A stretch of DNA of 64,000 nucleotides from an uncultured Candidatus Poseidoniales archaeon (GTDB lineage Archaea > Thermoplasmatota > Poseidoniia > Poseidoniales > Poseidoniaceae). The notes beneath the pieces were generated by a model. The model ran no database searches and was not told where the DNA came from. It saw only the letters and a program-made list of their open reading frames with translations. Position 1 is the stretch's first letter; each line of letters opens with the position of its first letter. Positions 47,061 through 57,600 of this stretch are shown here, piece after piece. The position numbers and the translations under genes are program-made. The DNA lies in assembly GCA_964015875.1 (NCBI GenBank), contig CAXHEV010000005.1, forward strand, positions 1,143 to 65,142, written 5' to 3'.

Positions 47061-47756
47061 TTAGAGCTTCTCAAAGTCTTCATCAGATGCGTGAAGGCGA
47101 CGAATTCGGTCCGCTACTCCCGATTCTGGACCTCGTTTCCCAAGTGGTAGCCACAGCATTTCGTTGTGACCAAGTCCGGCAGTGACCCAGCGGCCAAGGA
47201 CAAAGAGCCAGTCAGAAAGACGGTTGAGGTAGACTTGAACGAGCGGCCTTACCGAACCTTCGCCCTCGTGCTCTTTGAGCCGAACAACACCACGTTCAAG
47301 CCGTCGCGCTACGGTTCGAGCAAGATGGAGCATGGCCTCGGGACCATGCCCAGATGGAAGAATGAAACTGGTGAGTGGTTCGATGTGCTCAAGCCATGCA
47401 TCCATCTCTTCGACCAATACTGAGCATTGATTCTCGTTGATGAGCACCATATATTCTGGAAGTTCAGATGGCACGCAGGCAAGTTCTGCTCCTAGATCAA
47501 ATAACTCATTTTGGACACGAGTAAGAACCATCGAGAGGATTGTTTGAACCCGTTCAACCGTCGCTCGACTACCACCATCTTCATGCCGTGGTAAGCGATT
47601 TGCTTCCATTGTAACGAGCCCAAAGATAGCGTTGAGTTCATCACAAGTCCCAACCACTTCAAATCGAAGGTCTGCTTTTGATCGACGTGAACCATCGACA
47701 AGTGATGTCTCGCCTTCATCACCACCGCCGGTGTACACTCGATTGATTCTAACCAT
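47061..47756 (-). CDS. ATP:cob(I)alamin adenosyltransferase, PduO/MMAB type.
   Basis: Family-defining N-terminus (MVRINRVYTGGGDEGETSLVDGSRRSKADLRFEVVGTCDELN). Confidence 0.8.
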   Translation of the reverse strand: MVRINRVYTGGGDEGETSLVDGSRRSKADLRFEVVGTCDELNAIFGLVTMEANRLPRHEDGGSRATVERVQTILSMVLTRVQNELFDLGAELACVPSELPEYMVLINENQCSVLVEEMDAWLEHIEPLTSFILPSGHGPEAMLHLARTVARRLERGVVRLKEHEGEGSVRPLVQVYLNRLSDWLFVLGRWVTAGLGHNEMLWLPLGKRGPESGVADRIRRLHASDEDFEKL

Positions 47757-47779
47757 GGTTCCCCCTCATGCTTGGGACG

Positions 47780-48265
47780 TCACGCTTCTATGAGTGGTTT
47801 TCGGGCCATGAAACTGGCATCAATCGGGTGGTACCATTCAATGTCTTCTTCTCCAAGGCTCCATGAATAAAGAGCAAGATGTTCGTCGACCACGCCATAC
47901 CATTCGAGTCGCCCTGGTTCCAAACATGCAATTCTGGTTCCAGTCGCCTCAATTTTAGCAGTGGTGTGTTGCCAATGCGTCACAAGTTGTGCAAGATGCT
48001 CTGCAACTTCCACGACGTGTTCATTTTCAGGTTGTAATGATTCGAGAAGCACTTCGAGCTCTTCAGTGAGATCGTGTGCTTCATCACTCATTGCCTGAAG
48101 TTCTGCAAGCCAGCGGGTCACTTTTGGAAGGTTCTCCCTCGCCTCTTCAATCGTTACGATTCGGGCACCTCGGGGGAGTACGCGCATGGCCATTTCTTCG
48201 TCTTTCAATGAACATGTGTCCATTGGTCGACCAGAAAAGAATGGAACATCGCCAGTTTCTCTCAC
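47780..48265 (-). CDS. DUF2203 (COG4911)-like conserved hypothetical protein.
   Basis: …IVTIEEARENLPKVTRWLAELQAM…LEPGRLEWYGVVD…WYHPIDASFMARKP matches the DUF2203 pattern (FT.eEAn.LLP…W…g…RKP). Confidence 0.45.
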   Translation of the reverse strand: MRETGDVPFFSGRPMDTCSLKDEEMAMRVLPRGARIVTIEEARENLPKVTRWLAELQAMSDEAHDLTEELEVLLESLQPENEHVVEVAEHLAQLVTHWQHTTAKIEATGTRIACLEPGRLEWYGVVDEHLALYSWSLGEEDIEWYHPIDASFMARKPLIEA

Positions 48266-48400
48266 ATGAGTTCCTTGTCTTGGCGGACCTTCAAGTCATC
48301 GGAAGTAATGTTTGAAATTCGATGAATTTCGAGGGTGACTGATTTCTTCGCTCATCATGATTGAAGGTTCAGCAGCCAAACTTGGTGTTGAAAAAGAACA

Positions 48401-48682
48401 TTATGCGGCGATTGGGTTTGGGCTTGGGCTGGTCCAGGTTTTCTTGAGTACTTTCTTGACCAAAAGACTGCCCAAGCTGATCCACACGAACAACTCAATG
48501 GCAAGAACGAGGTAGTAAATTGGCCCTAGATTTTGAAGCAGTGCAACTGCGTCATATGGTACGCCGTTGAAGGCCATGTACACTGATTGGGAAAACAAAC
48601 TTGAGGCGAACCAAACGAAGATAGCATACCACAATAACGTGCTCATCTCAAGTGCATCTGGCTGTTCTTCGACTGTTTCCAT
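48401..48682 (-). CDS. Hypothetical small membrane protein (2 TM).
   Basis: 93 aa with two hydrophobic helices (LLWYAIFVWFASSLF…IYYLVLAIELFVWISLGSLLV). Confidence 0.3.
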   Translation of the reverse strand: METVEEQPDALEMSTLLWYAIFVWFASSLFSQSVYMAFNGVPYDAVALLQNLGPIYYLVLAIELFVWISLGSLLVKKVLKKTWTSPSPNPIAA

Positions 48683-48800
48683 AGTAATAAATCGACTTTC
48701 ATGGTATTAATGAGTTTGTTTTATTGAGTCGTTATTTGCTCATGAAACTTTCATTAGGGAATAATACCGGTTTAATCGAAGATATTTCCGCAAACCGGAG

Positions 48801-49571
48801 TCATTCCTCGCTGGATTGCAACGGGGGAAGTATGGCTGCTGCCTCGGGGCTGATGCGAACCAGAGCGTCATGAATTGCCTCAATCCACTCTGGAGCAACG
48901 CCCTTTTCACCGCCGACATCCTCAAGCGCATGCAACCATTCTGTCGCTTTATCTTGGTCTCCGATGAACAAATTCAATCGGTGAAGAGCAACATATGCCA
49001 TCGGATTGAGATGCTCTTCCTCTGCATCCCAGCCTTTTTCGAAGCAAGCAATTGCACCATCCTGTCCATCAACAAAACCGCGCTGCAAGGCAACCATTCC
49101 AGCTTGGCTCCATGCGAGGGGGAGCCTACCGATGAGAAGTCCGCGGAACACAAGCCAGGTTTGGCCGCCGCCCAGCATGACCAATGCAGCAAATCCAGAC
49201 CATTGTTCAAACGTGTTCAACTCCGACCATGTTGAAACCATCAAACCTCCAATTCCGACGCAGAATAAGAATCCTGAAAATGGTGCAATCAGGACTTCTC
49301 TGCGGGTACGAATGAGATGATGAATGCCAATCAAGAGTCCAAATGAGCCAAGACCTGTCAATATCACGAGGTGGCCAAGGACAGAAACAGGGTTTGGTGC
49401 GAGTTGCCCAAGTGTTAGCATAAGAGCCACGGAAAGTACAATCCATCCAAAGCGACGGGAGGGGAGGGGGAAAGGTTGACTCTTTGAAGCGAGGATCAAA
49501 ACAAGTCCGATGAATCCTTCAAAGGCGAGGAGGCTCCAACGCAAACTTTCCTGTTCAAACAGCAGCATCAC
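48801..49571 (-). CDS. Hypothetical membrane protein (N-terminal ~5 TM, C-terminal soluble helical domain).
   Basis: Hydrophobic N-terminal two-thirds. The C-terminal ~90 aa are TPR-like (…IACFEKGWDAEEEHLNPMAYVALHRLNLFIGDQDKATEWLHAL…). Confidence 0.4.
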   Translation of the reverse strand: MMLLFEQESLRWSLLAFEGFIGLVLILASKSQPFPLPSRRFGWIVLSVALMLTLGQLAPNPVSVLGHLVILTGLGSFGLLIGIHHLIRTRREVLIAPFSGFLFCVGIGGLMVSTWSELNTFEQWSGFAALVMLGGGQTWLVFRGLLIGRLPLAWSQAGMVALQRGFVDGQDGAIACFEKGWDAEEEHLNPMAYVALHRLNLFIGDQDKATEWLHALEDVGGEKGVAPEWIEAIHDALVRISPEAAAILPPLQSSEE

Positions 49572-49616
49572 TTGCCTCCAAATTCTTCCAAGATTCCGTG
49601 CTTCTTGACCCTTTTG

Positions 49617-50048
49617 TCACGCCTTGTGATATTCACTACCACGCAATATTTCGGTCGCCCTGTAGAGTTGTTCAACCAGAACAACGCTTGCCAACTCATG
49701 TGGCATGGTCATTGGTGAAAGGGAAAGTCGCTTACAATCACGACTTTGAACATCAATCCAGCCCTCTGCCGGTCCGATCGCCAAGTGAGTTGAATGGGTC
49801 TGGACCGTCCAAGATTTGAGCCGTTCTGCAAATGCAACTGAATCTTCAATCACCCCACCTTCATCCATCAAGTAGAGATCGCCTTGAAGTTGAAATAGGG
49901 CCTCGAGGTAAGCCGAGGAAGACAGTTTGTTCGAATGAACTTCAATCCGAATTCCGCGATTATTGACCCTCTTCGAATACATTTCAATGAGACGATGAAG
50001 TTCGTTCTGTTTCGTTGCCCCATGCAGATGAACGACAATCCGACCCAT
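49617..50048 (-). CDS. rlmH: 23S rRNA (pseudouridine1915-N3)-methyltransferase RlmH (SPOUT).
   Basis: C-terminal RlmH signature KRLSLSPMTMPHELASVVLVEQLYRA and N-terminal MGRIVVHLHGATK. 143 aa. Confidence 0.8.
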   Translation of the reverse strand: MGRIVVHLHGATKQNELHRLIEMYSKRVNNRGIRIEVHSNKLSSSAYLEALFQLQGDLYLMDEGGVIEDSVAFAERLKSWTVQTHSTHLAIGPAEGWIDVQSRDCKRLSLSPMTMPHELASVVLVEQLYRATEILRGSEYHKA

Positions 50049-50223
50049 GATTCAAGCGTAGGATGGCTGGTTGATGAACATGCGTCACGAACTAATCCCT
50101 CAGAGAGGGTAAAAAAAACGTACAATCAGACTCAGACTTCGCCATCCATGCCAAACCACCATTCAACCAGATTGTCTTGCTTTCAATAGATGGCGTTAAG
50201 TCGCCCCCATCCTTCAGCATAAC

Positions 50224-50547
50224 ATGGGTTGGTGGCCATTTGGTAAGAAACCGAAATCAAAGCGGGCCCAAGTCGATGACCCATTACTGAAAGATGCTCG
50301 GACATGGATTTCTGAATTGAGAGATCTATGTGAGATGAATTTTGAGCAACCCGAAGAAGCAAGGCGGCGAATTCGTCACATGCAGGTTGAATGGCATGAT
50401 GCAATGGAGCAGGGTATGCTTTCTGCTGCAAACAGGGAAGGGCTTGAAGCTCGTGCCTTCAGGTTGTTAACTTGTTCAGACGAAGAATGGATGCGGTGGT
50501 TGGACGACCTAGACTTTTGGAAACCTGGGTGGAAACCTGCTGCCTAG
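50224..50547 (+). CDS. Hypothetical protein.
   Basis: 107 aa, Trp-rich and helical (…WMRWLDDLDFWKPGWKP). No family recognised. Confidence 0.3.
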   Translation: MGWWPFGKKPKSKRAQVDDPLLKDARTWISELRDLCEMNFEQPEEARRRIRHMQVEWHDAMEQGMLSAANREGLEARAFRLLTCSDEEWMRWLDDLDFWKPGWKPAA

Positions 50548-50590
50548 AATGATAACGAGCCTTGAAGAAGGAAAGGCGGCAGGGTAGGTC

Positions 50591-51283
50591 ATGGGTCAAA
50601 CCCCCACCGTACACATGCTCTACACGTGTCCTTTCTGTTGGAAGGTACGTGGCGTCATTGAACACATCGGTTTGGACGTTGATTACATTGGCGTCAATGG
50701 CATGAAAATCAAGAAATCCGTTGCCTTTGCAGGTGACTGGGGTAAAGTTCCTGTGTTCAGTGATGAATCTGGGGAACACCATGTCGATTCAACGCCGATT
50801 ATGAAGCACATCGATGCTGTATACAACGGTGGTAAACTCGCATCGACTGGTGATGCCAAAAGGCAAAAACAATGGTTAGAATGGGCGGATACGAAGGTCT
50901 CTAAAGCAACGGTACCAATATTGTACGGGACCCTTGGTTCAGCACTCAAAACAACTACACGTATCTCCAAACTTGAGAAATTTGGATTTATCTCTAAGCG
51001 ACTCTATGCTTGGGCAGGTTTCCCAATCATGTGGGGTATTATCGCAAAAAAGCGAGTGAAAAGTGATGGTCGAACGCCAAAAAAACTGTGGCATGATCTT
51101 CTCACCGAATTTACCAACGAGCATGGTAATGAGAAATTCTTTGGAGGAACATCGCCTGATTTGGTCGATTTTGCCGTGTTTGGCTACGCCCGATCGATTT
51201 CGCCATTCCCACAGTTCTCCCTTCTTGAGGACCATGAAAAGGGAATGGCTTGGTACCGCCGAATGGAAGGCACACTTCGGTGA
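50591..51283 (+). CDS. Glutaredoxin-2-like (GrxB/GST-fold) protein.
   Basis: N-terminal thioredoxin-fold with CPFC active site (MLYTCPFCWKVRGVI) followed by a helical GST-like C-domain. 230 aa, as for Grx2. Confidence 0.6.
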   Translation: MGQTPTVHMLYTCPFCWKVRGVIEHIGLDVDYIGVNGMKIKKSVAFAGDWGKVPVFSDESGEHHVDSTPIMKHIDAVYNGGKLASTGDAKRQKQWLEWADTKVSKATVPILYGTLGSALKTTTRISKLEKFGFISKRLYAWAGFPIMWGIIAKKRVKSDGRTPKKLWHDLLTEFTNEHGNEKFFGGTSPDLVDFAVFGYARSISPFPQFSLLEDHEKGMAWYRRMEGTLR

Positions 51284-51292
51284 GGGATTGCG

Positions 51293-52126
51293 TTGGAACA
51301 CATCACGCTTGGAGGACTTAGGTTTCAGCGTGTTGAGGCTCAATCATTGTACCTTGGAACCGACAAAGGTGGTTGGATTTATGCAAGCCAAAGACCCCGC
51401 CATGAGGTCCGATTACCTGCATTTTACATCATGACTGACCCGCTCAGTGCTGCTGATTATGACTCGATGCTCAATGGAGGAAAGAGAGAACAAAACGACA
51501 GATTTCAAGTCACTGCAGAGGCACTCAAGACGATTATGAAAGCAGGCCAAACACTCATTGATTCGGGAATCGAGGGTTTGGATGAAGAGCAACAATGGGA
51601 GATTCGGTGCCCCTCGGAAGCAGAATGGAGGTGTGCTGAATCCAACTTTGGACTTGGGCTCGACAAGAAACAGATCGAGGTTTTGGCCGACGCAATCAAT
51701 TCCAATTATCGCGGTGCAATGATGGATGGACGGCCTCGGCGATTTGAGGGCATTGGCCCAATGGCATTACACAGAGCTGCCATCGAAACTCACCCTTCCA
51801 AGGAAGGCATTACCGCCCTCTCAAGCGTGCCACTCGATCGCCCAATTGAAGGAGTGAAGGCCAGATTGGTCATCACCCCAATTCGTGAGGGGACCCCTCA
51901 ACGAGTTCCAGAATCTGCTGATATGATTGCAAACATCCGAACTGAAGTGGTATGCATCTTCCTTTTAGGCGTCATTCCTTCGTTTGTGATCCCTATCTTG
52001 AGAGGTATGAGTGATTATGCTGTATCAGGGTGGGCTAACCTGCTTTTTGGGGGACTTTGTGCGGGTTTCGTGTCCGGTGCGTTTTGGCGACCGCGCCGAC
52101 CTACGGTGCAATATCAAGAGCAATGA
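51293..52126 (+). CDS. Membrane protein with an N-terminal FGE-sulfatase (SUMF1/EgtB)-like half-domain.
   Basis: LGGLRFQRV…QRPRHEVRLPAFYIMTDPLSAADYDSML resembles the N-terminal half of formylglycine-generating-enzyme domains (P.H.V.l..F.I…VT). The C-terminal catalytic half is not evident. Two C-terminal TM helices. Confidence 0.35.
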   Translation: MEHITLGGLRFQRVEAQSLYLGTDKGGWIYASQRPRHEVRLPAFYIMTDPLSAADYDSMLNGGKREQNDRFQVTAEALKTIMKAGQTLIDSGIEGLDEEQQWEIRCPSEAEWRCAESNFGLGLDKKQIEVLADAINSNYRGAMMDGRPRRFEGIGPMALHRAAIETHPSKEGITALSSVPLDRPIEGVKARLVITPIREGTPQRVPESADMIANIRTEVVCIFLLGVIPSFVIPILRGMSDYAVSGWANLLFGGLCAGFVSGAFWRPRRPTVQYQEQ

Positions 52127-52129
52127 TGC

Positions 52130-54451
52130 TCAGTTTTCATCAACAGGATCAATCAGACTTTCCCAGTAAGGTTCCTGGCGAATTGCATCAGCGGCACAAA
52201 TTGCAGCCATGTTCACAATGTGGCGCACTCCGTCTCGGCGAGCAACAAGTTGGACAGGTTGAGCCATGCCCTCCAATATTGGGCCAGTCATTTCTGCATC
52301 ACCCAATTCTTCGAGCAACTTGTAGGCAATGTTGGCAGCAGCAAGGTTAGGCAACACCAACACATTGGCAGCACCCGTGAATTCCATGAATGGGTACTCG
52401 CCTTGCACGTCTCCGTTCAAGGCCGTATCGGCCTGCATCGGCCCGTCAATGACCAGTGAGGGGTCGAGTTCTCGAGCAAATTCAATGGCGTCCTCGATTC
52501 GTTCAGAACGTTGTGCTCGACTGCTGCCAAAGTTCGAAAACGAAAGCATGGCAACTACGGGATCGACACCAAATCTTCGAGCCACCTTTGCAGTTTGTAC
52601 CGCAATTTCAGCCAGCGTGCGACTGTCTGGATACACGTTGACTGTTGCATCAGCGAGGAAGATCGTACGACCTTTGACGTTCATCATATAGCACCCAACA
52701 ATGCAGTGGGCATCATCGGCTGGCCCAATCAATTCAAGTGTTGGTCGTAGAACATCCGCATAATTTCGAGAAACTCCGCCAACGAAGCCATCAGCGTCCC
52801 CGTTGGCGACCATCTGGCTTGCAAAATATGGCCGAGATTTGAGGAGGCGTGCTGCATCGACTACGGTCATTCCTTTGCGGTTACGACGGTTTAGCATCGA
52901 TTGGGAATAGACGCCCTTTCGTCTTGGGTCCTTACGAGGGTCATAGACTTCGTAATCAAACTGTAGGCTGAGCTCGTCAACCATTCGATGTATGCGTTCT
53001 TCAGGACCAAGAAGGATTGGATAGCAGATTTTCTGTTCGGCCAGTTGAGCTGCTGCTCTAATGACCATTTCATTATCGCCTTCAGGGAACACAATGCGCT
53101 TTCCTCGCCCGCGAACCTGGTTAATGACATGGCGCATGATGGAGTAGGATTGGCCTAGACGAGCCTCAAGTTCGTCCCTGTAGTCGCTGATAGAAAAATC
53201 ATCAGCCGCCACACGAGCGATGCCTTCATCCACCGCTGCTTGTGCAACTGCAGATGCTTCCCAAAGCAGGACTCTGCGATCGAATGGTTTTGGGATGATG
53301 TATTCCGGACCATATTGCATGACGGCCCCGTCATAAGCTGCCGAAATATAATCGGGAACTGGTTCTTTTGCGAGAGCTGCCAGAGACCGGGTGGCTGCCA
53401 TCTTCATGCCCTGAGTGATGTCTGTTGCTCGTACATCGAGGGCTCCACGGAAAATGTAAGGGAAGCCGAGGACGTTGTTGACTTGATTCGGATAATCTGA
53501 ACGCCCTGTCGCAATGATGGCGTCGGTGCGCACCTCGAGAATTTCTTCAGGGAGAATTTCTGGGGTTGGATTGGCCAAAGCGAATATGATTGGTTTTGGG
53601 GCCATGGTTGCCACCATTTCCTTGCTGACCAATCCGCCGCGCGAAAGTCCAAGCATGACGTCTGCCCCATTCAGGGCGTCAGACAAATCCCCAGGTTCAC
53701 GTTCATGAGCAAAGGGCGCCTTGTATTCATTCAATTCTCCTGCTTCCAGCCGTGCTTTCGTGACAATGCCCTTGCTGTCAACCATAGCGATGTTCGATCT
53801 GGTGACGCCTATGGCCACGTAATGATTGGCGCAAGCAATGGCGCTTGCACCCGCTCCGATGACGACCACTTTGATTTCAGAGAGTTTCTTTTCTTGAAGT
53901 TCAACCGCATTCAACAGCGCAGCAGCGGAGATAATTGCGGTCCCATGCTGGTCATCGTGCATCACTGGAATATCGGTGGCCTCAGCGATACGGCGTTCGA
54001 TTTCAAAGCATTCAGGAGCCTTGATGTCTTCGAGATTGATGCCTCCAAAAGTCTTGGCGATATTGACAACTGTTTCTATGAAGGCCTCTGGATCTTCGGT
54101 GTCAACTTCGATATCAAACACGTCAATATCTGCAAATGTCTTCAAAAGAAGGCCCTTGCCTTCCATCACGGGCTTGCTTGCAAGTGCCCCGATGTTGCCC
54201 AATCCGAGGACAGCTGTTCCGTTCGAGATAACAGCCACTAAGTTGCCTTTTGATGTGTAGCGGTATGCATCTTCTGGTTTGTCCGCTATCTCGAGACAAG
54301 GGTAGGCTACGCCAGGCGAATATGCCAAACTCAATTCATATGCGGTACTGTGCGGTTTGGTGGGGACGACCTTGATTTTCCCCTGTGGTTCGGCCTCGTG
54401 ATATTCGAGAGCTTCCTTTTTGAGCAGGCGCTCTTTCTTCTCCCGATTCAT
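52130..54451 (-). CDS. maeB: NADP-dependent malic enzyme, MaeB type (malic enzyme domain fused to a phosphotransacetylase-like domain).
   Basis: Malic-enzyme region (…LSLAYSPGVAYPC…, NAD(P) fold VVIGAGASAIACA) followed by a PTA-like C-terminal half. Start set at the internal ATG (MNREKKERLLK…). Confidence 0.9.
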   Translation of the reverse strand: MNREKKERLLKKEALEYHEAEPQGKIKVVPTKPHSTAYELSLAYSPGVAYPCLEIADKPEDAYRYTSKGNLVAVISNGTAVLGLGNIGALASKPVMEGKGLLLKTFADIDVFDIEVDTEDPEAFIETVVNIAKTFGGINLEDIKAPECFEIERRIAEATDIPVMHDDQHGTAIISAAALLNAVELQEKKLSEIKVVVIGAGASAIACANHYVAIGVTRSNIAMVDSKGIVTKARLEAGELNEYKAPFAHEREPGDLSDALNGADVMLGLSRGGLVSKEMVATMAPKPIIFALANPTPEILPEEILEVRTDAIIATGRSDYPNQVNNVLGFPYIFRGALDVRATDITQGMKMAATRSLAALAKEPVPDYISAAYDGAVMQYGPEYIIPKPFDRRVLLWEASAVAQAAVDEGIARVAADDFSISDYRDELEARLGQSYSIMRHVINQVRGRGKRIVFPEGDNEMVIRAAAQLAEQKICYPILLGPEERIHRMVDELSLQFDYEVYDPRKDPRRKGVYSQSMLNRRNRKGMTVVDAARLLKSRPYFASQMVANGDADGFVGGVSRNYADVLRPTLELIGPADDAHCIVGCYMMNVKGRTIFLADATVNVYPDSRTLAEIAVQTAKVARRFGVDPVVAMLSFSNFGSSRAQRSERIEDAIEFARELDPSLVIDGPMQADTALNGDVQGEYPFMEFTGAANVLVLPNLAAANIAYKLLEELGDAEMTGPILEGMAQPVQLVARRDGVRHIVNMAAICAADAIRQEPYWESLIDPVDEN

Positions 54452-54663
54452 AGGCAATCGATTCCAACGAATGTGGTTCGGTGTTTGAGTGTTGTGTGTC
54501 CGGAGAACCAAGGATGACCAAAAGCAGTGCTCTCAGATTCCTCCATGATGATTTCAAAACCCCCATTTTCACTGTAATTCTCCGTTTTTTTGGTTATTCA
54601 AGTGATGAATATAGCACACGACCAAGGGCCGCGTTCAAATACCCCAAAAGTCCCCTCACCAAC

Positions 54664-57600
54664 ATGAAGCCAGTCTTTGCTCTATTTTCCCCCGGCTCGG
54701 CCGGCAAAAGAGCCGTCCTGTTGGTCGCTTTGATGCTCTGTTCTTCTGTCGCTCCAATGATGATGATTCCTGGTGCATCCGCCCACGAATCTGCCAATGA
54801 CACAATCTGGCCAAAATCGGGCAGCAATGACACCGGTTGGGTGCAGTTGGATGCTACGGGAGCCAACCCCTTGACTGGCGGCCAAGCAACAGCAGATTGG
54901 ACGCTTGAATTTGCACCAGGTGCTGATTTGTCCAACGTTTCATTCCAAGTGCGAGTTGATGGCAGTGACGGTTTGATGATTGAAGAGCCAATGCTCGTTG
55001 CGAGTGATATCGGGATTAATCTTCTCGATTGGCGGGGGTTGGGGACCCTGGGCGCTGCAGATTCATTCGAAGGCACAAATCCTCACGAAGGAAGACTGGC
55101 CCCCAACAGCGATTCTGGAGCAACCTGGACCCTCCCTTCCGATGCGGAAATCACCGATTTGGTGATTGAAGCCTTAGCACCAGTGGATCCTGCAGTTTCC
55201 TTCGAACCTATCGATCTGGCAATTCAAACCCATGCAATCCACCCCTATGACGGGCGAATGTACATCGCCATCCTTGACGACGTTCTTGTCTTGGACTACA
55301 ACAACGATCCACCAATCATCGACATGCTTGAGTTTGAAAGCGATGTGATTGACATGGAGATTGATTTGACAAATAACCTCATTCACATGCTGACTGAAGA
55401 AGACGGTTTCTTTGCCATATCGCTCATCGATTCAAGTTCTCAAAAGGTCCTTCCAGACGCATCGGATCCAAATTATGTTCAATTCGATCAATTCGTATTG
55501 GCCAGCACTGGTGATGTCTATGCAGCGAATCAAGACGAACTTATGTTGTGGAATGGCGGTTCATGGGCCAACGTCGCTGACATGGAGGGAACGACCTTAG
55601 CCATGGTTGAAGCCAATGGAATTCTGTATGCATCAATGGATGACCGTGGTGTGGCTCGATACAATCTTGCAAATGGCCAGCTGCTTTCGACATGGTCCAC
55701 TGCTAACAGTTTGCACTCCGATGAAATTGTTGAAATTGCGATTTCAGGAAATCAACTTCTCTTCGCTTCCCCTGATGCCGGTTTGGCACGATATGATTGG
55801 AGTTCGGGCTTCTGGCTCTCGACTTGGAACGATGGAAACTGGTTGGCAAGCAACGACATCACTGGACTTGCCCGCTCCGGTAATTCACTGTACATCTTGA
55901 ACGGCGACTCCTTGCACACATACAACACCGCAAGCAATGTATTTTCGGGCTCTCAATCCCTCGATGCTTTTGGTCTCGCCAACAGCGGCCAAGGCCTACT
56001 CACGTGGCCAAACGGCGGAGAAAGATCCCCCTCTACAGAACTCATTTTGGTTAGTGATGGTGATGGTGCTTTGGTTGAACTCACCCCTGGCGCGACGCCA
56101 CTCAACACAGGAGTTTTGCTGCTCGGAAGTGGCCCTACATCTGGTCAAATGATTGATTCGACCGAATTGGACGGTGTGCTCTTCGTAGCAACAGATGACC
56201 AGTACCTCAATCGATTTGACACGCAAGCGTCGCGCTGGATTGAGCCCGTGTTTATTGGAGCAGACATCGCTCGGCTCAGCACAGACGGGAACCACGTCTA
56301 CATTGCTGCAGGCAATGGTGCACACCAGATGCACGGCAACGGAACCGTTCTCCAAACTTGGGATACTTCCAACACCGACCTGTCAGGAAATGAAGTGACT
56401 TCTGTTGAATCAGATGGTTCTACGGTTGTCGTTCTGAATGAATTCTATGGGGAATTTATGGCCGTCAACCTCACTGGCTCCCTTCCAGTGGTGTTCGAGT
56501 CACTCGCTCTTAGTCAGGGAACCGTGACCGATGCAGCGATTCACAACGAAGTCGCATATGTTGGCACTCAAAACGATGGCCTTCTTCGGTATGACATCAC
56601 CAACGACACGTGGTTGACCCCGTGGATCTCCACAGGCATCAACGGAGCAAACGATGTCCCTGTTGCTGTTGTTGGCGATATCTTGTATTTCGGAATCCCC
56701 GGATATGGCGTAGCGCGAAAAGATTTGGGGACCAATGAAATCTTACTCCCACTCACCGAATTTGGCACCATTGGAGTGCTTCCAAGCGACACGATCTATT
56801 CCCTTGAAGCAAACGGCAACCTTCTCTACATTGGCACTAACAACGGCGCTATTGAGTGGGATGAAAGCGCGTCCAGTTCCAGTTCATTCCAGCTTGGCCG
56901 ACAGTGGGATGAACGGCCACAACAATTCTTTGATTTCGTCGTTGTTGGTTCAAATGTATATGCGGCAACCAACATTGGCGTATGTGAATTCCCAACCTCT
57001 ACCATCGATATTGAAGAATGTTTGAATGTCTACGATGGGATGCCAAATTGGGCAACCTATTCTGTGGGCGTCGGTGTCTCGAACACGTACTTGTTTGGAG
57101 GAACAAACTCAGGCGTCGGCATCATCAGCATCTCACCATTCGACGTTGTTGGAGAGTGGACTGCCGGTGAGCAGACCAACAACGCACCTGTGGTCGTGGT
57201 TGGCGATGTTGCATTCATCGCTCTTGACGGCATTGGTATCGCTCGTTATGACATCACGAATAATGAGTGGCTCACTCTCTGGACTGATGACAATTTCCTC
57301 GATAATGGCAATGAAGATGCGACTGCACTTTCAGCAGATGTGAATCCGAATTACGTCTGGATTGGCGGTTCAGACGGATTCCAACTCCTCAACGCCACCA
57401 CCGGGGCCGAAGTGTATGATATCGAAAAATCCAGCAGCCTCTTTGCAGGGAATGGTGACCCCCTTGATATGATTCTCAAAGGCGATATAATGTATTATCA
57501 CGATGGAGCAAGCAGCGACAATCTGTACCGATTTAATGCTCGAAACTTCACAGCCCTTTCCGCACTCGACGCAGGTTCCCAAATTGGCCAAAACAATGGC

